Source of the DNA: Alkalispirochaeta sp.
GTDB taxonomy: Bacteria > Spirochaetota > Spirochaetia > DSM-27196 > Alkalispirochaetaceae
Direction of reading: 5' to 3'
DNA length: 64,000 nt
NCBI GenBank assembly: GCA_965242725.1
Contig: CBDESZ010000016.1
Location: 224,001-288,000 of the forward strand
In this document: piece after piece, positions 29,510 through 37,240 of the stretch
Layout of the letters: each line of letters begins with the position of its first letter
Numbering within the stretch: the first letter of the stretch is position 1
Notes under the pieces: model-generated
Database searches by the model: none
Seen by the model: the letters and a program-made list of their open reading frames with translations, nothing else
What the model was told of the DNA's origin: nothing
Program-made: the position numbers and the translations under genes

Positions 29510-29561
29510 ACCTACCTCCGGTATTGCGGTAACAAATTCTGGTAGAATAATAGAACCGAGG

Positions 29562-29578
29562 TGTGAAGAAGTTGTGAA
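29562..29578 (-). promoter_or_regulatory. Direct repeat TTCACA-N5-TTCACA, a candidate OmpR-family regulator site
   Basis: 11-bp period. Overlaps the response-regulator start codon and lies 9 nt upstream of TATTAT pointing to the lipoprotein gene. Confidence 0.45.
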
Positions 29579-30275
29579 TGAATCGACGATTTTGGTGGTC
29601 GAGGATGACGAACGGACCTCTCGTCTCGTCAAATCGTATCTCATCAGAGAGGGGTACACCGTATTTACGGCGGGAAACGGAATCGATGCGATCGAAATTG
29701 CCAGAAAGTGCAACCCCACGCTGGTGGTGCTGGATCTCATGCTGCCGGGATTGACCGGGCGGGAAGTGTGCAGGATTCTCAGGGAAGAACAGAACCCCCT
29801 GATTATCATGTTGACGGCCCGTACCGCGGAAGACGACAAAATTGCGGGACTCGACAGCGGAGCGGACGACTATATTGGAAAACCCTTCAGTCCCCGGGAG
29901 CTGACCGCCCGCATCCGTGCGGTGTTACGCAGGGGCGTGGGCTCCCATACCGACGAAAAGGGCGGCGGGACAATTTCGTCAGGTGACGTGGTTCTGTCCG
30001 TCCGGGAGCAGCGGGTGCAGGTCCGCGGCCGGTCGATAGAGGTGACACCCGTCGAGTATCGGATACTCCTGCTGCTTATGCGTCATCCCGATACCGTATA
30101 CTCCCGGGAGCAGATTATCGATCACGTCTTTGGATATGACTACGACGGACTGGACAGAACCGTGGATGCCCATATTAAGAATCTACGTCGCAAGATCGAA
30201 ATCGACCGCAATGCGCCGCACCATATTAAAACCCGTTTCGGGTCGGGGTATTACTTCGACTCAGGTAATCCCTGA
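29574..30275 (+). CDS. OmpR/PhoB-family response regulator
   Basis: ILVVEDD, LDLMLP, GADDYIGKPFSPREL and the winged-helix RTVDAHIKNLRRKIE. Confidence 0.95.
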   Translation: MNESTILVVEDDERTSRLVKSYLIREGYTVFTAGNGIDAIEIARKCNPTLVVLDLMLPGLTGREVCRILREEQNPLIIMLTARTAEDDKIAGLDSGADDYIGKPFSPRELTARIRAVLRRGVGSHTDEKGGGTISSGDVVLSVREQRVQVRGRSIEVTPVEYRILLLLMRHPDTVYSREQIIDHVFGYDYDGLDRTVDAHIKNLRRKIEIDRNAPHHIKTRFGSGYYFDSGNP

Positions 30276-31612
30276 TGGTGCGTCTGCGGAGTCGTCTCTT
30301 TTTCGCCTTCGGCATCGTCATTTTTGTCGCGGTGGGTACTATTTCCATCTTTGTTACGCGGTTTGCCGGCAATGAATTCGACAACTACGAGGAGATCTCC
30401 GAACGACTGCAAACGACGCGCATGGCCCAATGGCTGACGGGATTCTATCTGGTCGATGAATCCTGGGAGGGTGTGCAGCCCTTTGCCGAAGAGATGGATG
30501 CAATCACAGGGGTCGCCGTCGTGGTGGCCGACGGAACGGGAGCGATCGTCGGAAACTCCCGGAGCCACGAAGTACCGCCGTTCCCGCCTTCCCTGTGGAG
30601 TAAACATGAGTTGTTTGCCGGCTCCGAAGAGGCAGGAATCGGTACGCTCTATCTCAGCAGCGCCCGGACCATACAGGAGCAGTATCGTGCCCGCCTTCAA
30701 AGCATACTGTGGATTCTCCTCCTCGGTGGCAGCGCCCTGGGGGCGGTCGCTGCGCTGATTGTATCGACAGTCGTCGCGGCAATGATATCGGCTCCTATCA
30801 GCAGTATTGCCCGTGCTGCCGTAAAGGCGGGGGGAGGTGATTTTTCACAACGTGTCGATATCCGTAGGAACGATGAAGTGGGTGAACTTGCCGGGGCTTT
30901 CAATAGAATGGTTGAGGATCTGGACGCCGGCCTCCGGCAGAGACGGAATCAGATTGCCGACACGGCTCATGAGTTGCGCAACCCCGTTACCAATATCCGG
31001 GGATATGTGGAGGCTCTGAATGACGGTGTGATGGGTATCTCCGAATCTCTTCCGGTGCTGCGGGATGAGATTGAACTGCTGACCCGGTTGATCGATGACT
31101 TACAGGAACTCGCGCTCGCGGAATCGGGGATCCTGAAAATCGAACGGCGAACGGAAGACCTCCTGCGCATTGTCGGTCACGCAATTTCAGCAATGCGACC
31201 CCGGGCGAAGGAAAAGAATATCGCCGTAACGCTCGAGGCGCCGGACGATACGATTCCGGTATATGCGGACGGCGACCGAATCGGTCAGGTGTTTTCAAAC
31301 ATATTGCGAAACGCCCTGTACTACACGCCGCCGGGCGGGACGGTTACCGTTTCCATTCAATCCGTTGACGAATCCGTTACGGTGTCGGTATGTGATACCG
31401 GGAGCGGGATTCCGCCTCAGGAACTGGAGAGGATTTTTGAGCGCTTTCGTCGTCTCGATCCGGCTCGCTCCCGATCTACCGGCGGCAGTGGTCTCGGTCT
31501 GACGATCGCACGCCTCCTTGTGGAACTGCACGGCGGGAAGATCGTTGCGGAGAACCGGCAAGGCGGCGGGAGTTGTTTCTCCTTTACCATACCCCGTGAC
31601 GTCACTCAATGA
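30275..31612 (+). CDS. Sensor histidine kinase (HAMP-HisKA-HATPase, BaeS-like)
   Basis: AHELRNP, NILRNA, DTGSGI and GGSGLGL. Confidence 0.95.
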   Translation: MVRLRSRLFFAFGIVIFVAVGTISIFVTRFAGNEFDNYEEISERLQTTRMAQWLTGFYLVDESWEGVQPFAEEMDAITGVAVVVADGTGAIVGNSRSHEVPPFPPSLWSKHELFAGSEEAGIGTLYLSSARTIQEQYRARLQSILWILLLGGSALGAVAALIVSTVVAAMISAPISSIARAAVKAGGGDFSQRVDIRRNDEVGELAGAFNRMVEDLDAGLRQRRNQIADTAHELRNPVTNIRGYVEALNDGVMGISESLPVLRDEIELLTRLIDDLQELALAESGILKIERRTEDLLRIVGHAISAMRPRAKEKNIAVTLEAPDDTIPVYADGDRIGQVFSNILRNALYYTPPGGTVTVSIQSVDESVTVSVCDTGSGIPPQELERIFERFRRLDPARSRSTGGSGLGLTIARLLVELHGGKIVAENRQGGGSCFSFTIPRDVTQ

Positions 31613-31663
31613 CGGGCGTTCATGTGTGGTGGCTTGTAACAAATACTGCTATTCTACCTCTTG

Positions 31664-32623
31664 ATGGCAAAGATCCTTCTTATCGTAAACCCCAACGCCG
31701 GTAAGCGGCGGGGGCTTCAGGCGGCGTACGATGCGGCGGAAGAGTTGAATCGTCACGGACACGAGGTGACGACAAAGATCTCCAACTTTCCCGGCGATAC
31801 GGTGATTCTCGCCAAGGAACTCATCACCGAAGGTGGTCGCGATCACGGTATCGACATCGTTGTTGCCGTGGGAGGGGACGGAACCTTGTTTGAGGTCGTC
31901 AACGGCCTCTTTGCAGGAATGCGTGAAGCCGCCACTGAGCCGCCGGAGAGTACGACACATGACACGCTTCCGACGGTCGCGCAGATTCCCGTCGGTACCG
32001 GCAATTCATTCCTCAAGGATGTAGGTATCGAAACTGCCGGTGAAGCGGTGAATGCCATCCTTGCCGGTGAGACGAGACGCGTTGATGTAGGCAAATACAG
32101 AAACGACGATGGAGTGTGGCATTTCATCAACCTCCTCGGCGCCGGTTTTGTCTCAAGCGTCGCCCACCGTGCGCGACGCTACAAGCGACTGGGGGCGCTC
32201 AGTTACGTGATTGCCGTCGTCGTGGAAACGGTGAGGCTCTCCTCGGCGTCGATAACGCTCACCATAGACGACCGTCGGCTCGTTCGGGACGGAGTTTTTG
32301 TCGAGATCTGCAATTCACGATACACCGGGGGCGACATGATGATGGCCCCCGATGCATCCATCGACGATGGATTTTTTGACGTTGTGGTAATGTCCCGGGT
32401 GACACGAAGTCGCCTGCTTTCACTCTTTCCAAAGATTTTCAGCGGCCGCCATGTGGAAGACCCATTGATCGAAGTCTTTCGATGTCGGTCGATTACGGTG
32501 GAAACCGACCGGGTCTGGCTTCTTACTCCCGACGGCGAGACCTTTGGAACGACGCCGATACATGTGGAGATGATCCGTCGCGGGCTGAACTTTGTCGTGG
32601 CGCCGGAATCCTCAGACACATGA
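31664..32623 (+). CDS. Diacylglycerol/lipid kinase family protein (YegS/DAGK-like)
   Basis: NPNAG, GGDGT, PVGTGNSF and DGE. Confidence 0.9.
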   Translation: MAKILLIVNPNAGKRRGLQAAYDAAEELNRHGHEVTTKISNFPGDTVILAKELITEGGRDHGIDIVVAVGGDGTLFEVVNGLFAGMREAATEPPESTTHDTLPTVAQIPVGTGNSFLKDVGIETAGEAVNAILAGETRRVDVGKYRNDDGVWHFINLLGAGFVSSVAHRARRYKRLGALSYVIAVVVETVRLSSASITLTIDDRRLVRDGVFVEICNSRYTGGDMMMAPDASIDDGFFDVVVMSRVTRSRLLSLFPKIFSGRHVEDPLIEVFRCRSITVETDRVWLLTPDGETFGTTPIHVEMIRRGLNFVVAPESSDT

Positions 32624-33342
32624 GGAGAGTGACGGGTGCAGTGACGACCGGTCTGGGCTATGCCGCGGCGCTTGTGGTGATACCCGCGGCGATGGGGCTC
32701 ATCGCCCTCAGACGGATCAGCGGATTTGCACCCGCTATGGAACGCCCCGTTCGATATTTCGCCGCTGCCATTCCCGCCATGTTCGGCATCACCGTACGCG
32801 TCCGGGGCCTCCGCCATCTCACTGCGGCGCAGGAGGGAACGGGATTTTGCGGCGTCGTCGTGGCGAACCACGTGAATATTTTTGATGCCTTCATTCTTCG
32901 GGGATACCTCCCGCTGCCGATGCGGGGCGTCGAACTGGAGAGCCATTTCCACTGGCCCGTCTACGGGACGGTGATGCGCCTCTTCGGCAACATTCCCGTT
33001 CCCCACGGAACGCCGCTTGTTGCCCGTCGACAGCTGACGAGGGCGCGACGAGTACTTGAAAGGGGCGTCCCCCTCCTGGTATTGCCGGAAGGCCACCGCA
33101 CCCGAACCGGAAAGATGCAGCGTTTCATGAGCGGTCCCTTTCGTCTCGCAAAAGATGCACACGTGCCGATCCTTCCGGTGGTCATGACGGGGGCCTTTGA
33201 ACGGCAGCGCGTCGGGACGATCAGGATCAATCCAGGGGTCGTAGAACTCCGCATAGCCCCCGTCATACCCCGTTCACTCGTGCAAAGCCTCTCGGAGCGG
33301 GAACTTCGAGGCCGTACAAGAGCGATTATGGAATTACTGTGA
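32620..33342 (+). CDS. Lysophospholipid acyltransferase (PlsC-like)
   Basis: NHVNIFD (HX4D) and PEGHRT. ATGA overlap with the kinase gene. Confidence 0.88.
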   Translation: MRRVTGAVTTGLGYAAALVVIPAAMGLIALRRISGFAPAMERPVRYFAAAIPAMFGITVRVRGLRHLTAAQEGTGFCGVVVANHVNIFDAFILRGYLPLPMRGVELESHFHWPVYGTVMRLFGNIPVPHGTPLVARRQLTRARRVLERGVPLLVLPEGHRTRTGKMQRFMSGPFRLAKDAHVPILPVVMTGAFERQRVGTIRINPGVVELRIAPVIPRSLVQSLSERELRGRTRAIMELL

Positions 33343-34245
33343 CGACAGCACGTCCACGTCGATGCCGCGCCTGGATGGACGATTTACAAGATAGAGCCCG
33401 CCGATTACCAGTACCGCGCCGATCGTCACCGGTACGGTAAGAGCTTCCCCAAGAAGAAACACTCCAAGAAGTATTGCCGATACCGGTTCCAGATTGAGGA
33501 AGATCGCAGCGCCGTTCGGCCCGACGTCGCGGATACCCTGATAGTAAAAGAGATACGCGATTCCGGCGCAGCCGAATGCGAGGTAGAGGAGGCTCGACCA
33601 CGTGGCGATGCTCTGCATCGACAACACCGCGACGATGTCGGGGCGAACGGCAAAGGGGGTAAGCAGGACGGAGCCGATAACAGACGAGTAGGTGAGGACG
33701 GTGAGGGCCGATAGGTTCCGCATGGCGTACCTCGCCAGAATGGTATAGGCCGCCCAGGAGACGACGGCTCCCAGCATGTAGAGGTCCCCCGTGGAGATTC
33801 CTCCCTTTGCGGCCTGCAGGAGGTCACCGTTGGTGATGGTTATCGCCGTACCGACAAAGGCGATAACGATACCTGTCGCCGTGTTTCTTCCCGCCCGTTC
33901 CCGAAAGAAGAGCACGAGAATGAGGGCCACCGCCGACGGCGCGAGAGCGATAAAGATGGAACTGCGGACGGCGGTCACCGTTTTCAAACCGGTGAAGAGC
34001 AATATGTTGAAGAACACCACCCCCGCGAGGGTCATTCCCAGGAGAAAGAGCGCGTCCCGGCGGCCGGGACGGGGAAGTTTTCCCTGCAGGAGGCGCAGGA
34101 TTGGAAGCAGGAAGACGCTTACCAGGAGAAAGCGCACCCAGGTAATAGTTATTGCCGGCAATGCCGCCGACACGACCCGGCCGGCGACGAGGCCGCCCCC
34201 CCAGATGACAGGTGCCAGAGCGAGTTTCACATAGGAGACAACCAT
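33334..34245 (-). CDS. DMT/EamA family transporter
   Basis: About 10 TMs with GDL...SWAAY and NLEPVSAILLG..LLGE. Confidence 0.9.
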   Translation of the reverse strand: MVVSYVKLALAPVIWGGGLVAGRVVSAALPAITITWVRFLLVSVFLLPILRLLQGKLPRPGRRDALFLLGMTLAGVVFFNILLFTGLKTVTAVRSSIFIALAPSAVALILVLFFRERAGRNTATGIVIAFVGTAITITNGDLLQAAKGGISTGDLYMLGAVVSWAAYTILARYAMRNLSALTVLTYSSVIGSVLLTPFAVRPDIVAVLSMQSIATWSSLLYLAFGCAGIAYLFYYQGIRDVGPNGAAIFLNLEPVSAILLGVFLLGEALTVPVTIGAVLVIGGLYLVNRPSRRGIDVDVLSSQ

Positions 34246-34305
34246 GGTTCCGGTATACTACTAGCCCGGCGGCAGGGGCAAGATGCCGGCAGTGTATGGA
34301 CGGTA

Positions 34306-35505
34306 TCACTCGACGCGGCGATATCGGACGGAGGGAGCGTATTGCCAGCGGTCTCCCGCGGGATCGGCGCGGAGCAGGGTGAGGAAGACTTCCGTCAGGG
34401 GCGGAATTGTGAGTTCCATGGGAAGCGGAGAGTCGGCACGCATGTTGACGAAGTTGAAGCTCACCGTCGCCTCAATGGGGTCCGAGAAACCGTTCCCCAG
34501 GAAGATTGCGTACGTCAGGTCATACTCTTCGGTACGAAACTCCAGGCGATTTGTTTGGTCTATTTCCTGCTCATGACCGGTGAAATCTGAAACGGTGAGG
34601 TCTTCTCCCCTGATCACCTCGAACTCCGCGTTCCCTGGATGAACGGCGTAGTGAAATGTACCTTCCTCAGGCTGGACCGGACGTCCATCGAGGCCATAAA
34701 AGAGAAAGGGTATGCTCTGCATTCTCCCCGTGGGGAGGGGAATGCGAACATCGAAGTGCAAATGGGGGCCGCTGGATATGCCGGTATTACCGCTGTAGCC
34801 GATGAGCTCACCCGCCGCAACTTCGTCACCGACTTCAACCTCGGCGCCGCGATATCGCAGGTGAACGTAGTTCCCGAAGGTGCCGTCGTCATGGGCGATC
34901 ATGATCAGGTTTGCCCTGTCGGCGTACGCCTGGGACGGACCGCCGACGCGGCTGTCCTCCTTGACGCGGACGACCACTCCGTCCCGCGCCGCGTACACCG
35001 GAGTCCCCTGGTCCAGGTTGAAGTCTATAGCGTACTGGTTCTCTCTGAAATGGGAAAAGCGACCGTTGTGCCCCTGGGTGATGCGGTGTCTGGTGCCGTG
35101 GGCAAAGGGGAAAAGGTAGAGATAATCGTCGTCGTGGCGCGCCGTTTCCGGGTTGCCCTCGGCGACGGTGTAGCTCAGATTGTAGCCGAACTGTCCTCTC
35201 GTTGCCGTCGGAAGTAGACTGAAGAGCAGTTGGCGTTCCGTTTCCGCCTCAATCGCACCTGTCCACGGCAACGCTTCCGTCGGGGTCAGACTGACGAGAC
35301 GCTGAAAGTCGACGGAGATGTACATAGGAATGAAGTGGCTGTTTTGGGCGTAGAAGTCGTAGCCGTTGTCGTCCCGTTGTTCACCCCAGACGACGACGTA
35401 GTCGCCGGAATCGGAGCTGTAAGATTGGGCGACAGCTGAATCCAGAGGAAAGAGCAGTGCCGCCGCGACCGCCGCGATGAGGCACAGTGGGGACAGACGC
35501 ATCAT
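34306..35505 (-). CDS. M23 family metallopeptidase, secreted
   Basis: Signal peptide, YAIDF, GTPVYAARDGVV, YVHL and GNTGISSGPHLHF. Confidence 0.9.
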   Translation of the reverse strand: MMRLSPLCLIAAVAAALLFPLDSAVAQSYSSDSGDYVVVWGEQRDDNGYDFYAQNSHFIPMYISVDFQRLVSLTPTEALPWTGAIEAETERQLLFSLLPTATRGQFGYNLSYTVAEGNPETARHDDDYLYLFPFAHGTRHRITQGHNGRFSHFRENQYAIDFNLDQGTPVYAARDGVVVRVKEDSRVGGPSQAYADRANLIMIAHDDGTFGNYVHLRYRGAEVEVGDEVAAGELIGYSGNTGISSGPHLHFDVRIPLPTGRMQSIPFLFYGLDGRPVQPEEGTFHYAVHPGNAEFEVIRGEDLTVSDFTGHEQEIDQTNRLEFRTEEYDLTYAIFLGNGFSDPIEATVSFNFVNMRADSPLPMELTIPPLTEVFLTLLRADPAGDRWQYAPSVRYRRVE

Positions 35506-35749
35506 GGGTCTAATATAGCGCCTCTCCGATAGGATGACGAGGATGGAGGCGAGACATTTGCGTCGGGAACGGATAAAATACCGACCGGATCAGTAGCAGG
35601 TATCCACAATCGTGTTGCAACGCGCCGATATCACCCGGTATACGAAGCATTCAGGTGCGCAGGTCGGTATTGCTGCCCTATTTCTATTCAGGGTAAGGAA
35701 ATATCATCTATTCTGCAACACGGTTCTATATACAAGCGGGAGGGGCAAC

Positions 35750-36631
35750 ATGGCACATGAAACGGTGGCGGCGGCGGAAGAAATACTGGACAGGGAGTTT
35801 CCCGTTCTGGACCATGGCTTTGTCCGGCTGGTGGACTACATGGGCGGCGACGAACGGATCGTGCAGGCGGCGCGTGTTTCCTACGGTGCCGGTACCAAGT
35901 CCTATCGCCAGGACAAGGGTCTCATCAATTATCTCCTCAGGAACGACCACACCTCTCCCTTTGAACAGGTGGTTCTCACCTTTCATACGAAGATGCCCGT
36001 ATTTGTCGCCCGTCAGTGGGTACGACACCGTACCGCCCGACTCAATGAGATAAGCGGACGGTACAGCATCATGAAAGACGAATTTTATCTGCCCGAGGGA
36101 AACGCCATCGCGCCCCAGGCGGCGGACAACAAGCAGGGTCGTGAAGCCGACGGGTTTGACGAGACGACGAGGGAGGCGATTCGGGACACCCTGGAACGAC
36201 AGCAGCGCGCCGCCTATACGGAGTATGAGCGACTTCTCGGTCATGACCTCGCCCGGGAGGTGGCGCGGATAAACCTGCCCCTCTCCATGTACACCGAGTG
36301 GTACTGGCAGATCGACCTGCATAACCTCTTTCATTTTCTCCGGCTGCGTATGGATCCGCACGCGCAGTACGAAATCCGAGTCTACGGCGAGGCGATCTTT
36401 GAGATCACCCGGCGGGTGTGTCCCATCGCGACGGAAGCGTTTGAGGAGCATATCAGGGGAGGGGTGCGATTTTCCCGCAGCGAATTTGCCGCCCTGCGAA
36501 GGTTGCTTGCGCCCGCCGACGACGGGACGGAGCTGGAACGTCAGGTCCGGGAAGCCGCTGCGGCGGAAGGGGTGGAAGGTCGCGGCGCGGACCGGCTGGT
36601 GGACAAGATCCTGCACGGCCGAATGGGGTAG
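35750..36631 (+). CDS. thyX: FAD-dependent thymidylate synthase
   Basis: AARVSY, HTSPFE, RQWVRHR..NEISGRY and LRLRMDPHAQYEIR, with a GGAGG RBS. Confidence 0.95.
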   Translation: MAHETVAAAEEILDREFPVLDHGFVRLVDYMGGDERIVQAARVSYGAGTKSYRQDKGLINYLLRNDHTSPFEQVVLTFHTKMPVFVARQWVRHRTARLNEISGRYSIMKDEFYLPEGNAIAPQAADNKQGREADGFDETTREAIRDTLERQQRAAYTEYERLLGHDLAREVARINLPLSMYTEWYWQIDLHNLFHFLRLRMDPHAQYEIRVYGEAIFEITRRVCPIATEAFEEHIRGGVRFSRSEFAALRRLLAPADDGTELERQVREAAAAEGVEGRGADRLVDKILHGRMG

Positions 36632-36733
36632 CAACCGCGGTGACCCTCGGGTTCAATTTGAAAAAATGATTGTGAAATGCGGCCAGTTTGCAAAGGCGTA
36701 CCGGCTGCGCTACGATGCGAAATACGGAGGCAG

Positions 36734-37228
36734 ATGATGAGCGATGAAATGAACGCGACGACGAGTCAGTATTTGACATTTATGCTCGCGGAAGAGCAGT
36801 ACGCCGTCGAAGTGTATGATGTAAAAGAAGTTCTTGAATATACGACGATCACCAAAGTGCCGCGGACCCAGGATTTCATGCGGGGCGTGATCAACCTCAG
36901 AGGCAGCGTGGTTCCCGTCATCGATCTGCGGCTGAAGTTTGGTATGCCCGCGGCGGAACGCACAAACAATACACGGATCATCGTCATGGAAGTGGAAGTG
37001 GGCGGTGACAAGATAACCGTGGGCACCCTTGCGGACAGCGTTCAGGAAGTGATCAACCTGAACAAGGAACAGATTGAGCCGGCGCCGCAAATCGGAACGC
37101 GAATCGATACGGAGTTCATCAAGGGTATCGGAAAACAGGACGAGAAGTTCATTATCGTCCTCGACATTGACCGCGTCTTTTCTGAAGAGGAACTCGCCGC
37201 CGTGGTGGAAGAGGTGGTTTCGGAGTAG
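36734..37228 (+). CDS. cheW: Chemotaxis coupling protein
   Basis: YLTF, GVINLRGSVVPVIDLR and IEPAP. Confidence 0.95.
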   Translation: MMSDEMNATTSQYLTFMLAEEQYAVEVYDVKEVLEYTTITKVPRTQDFMRGVINLRGSVVPVIDLRLKFGMPAAERTNNTRIIVMEVEVGGDKITVGTLADSVQEVINLNKEQIEPAPQIGTRIDTEFIKGIGKQDEKFIIVLDIDRVFSEEELAAVVEEVVSE

Positions 37229-37240
37229 CTCCGATTTCCC

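Noticed and set aside
28919..29839. 306-aa version of the lipoprotein ORF, and other upstream-extended starts in the ORF track (2631, 14499, 29433, 32482, 35612, 41090, 52772, 55055, 58766)
   Set aside because: The extensions overlap neighbouring genes or regulatory regions. Downstream starts have an RBS, a signal peptide or a family-typical N-terminus.
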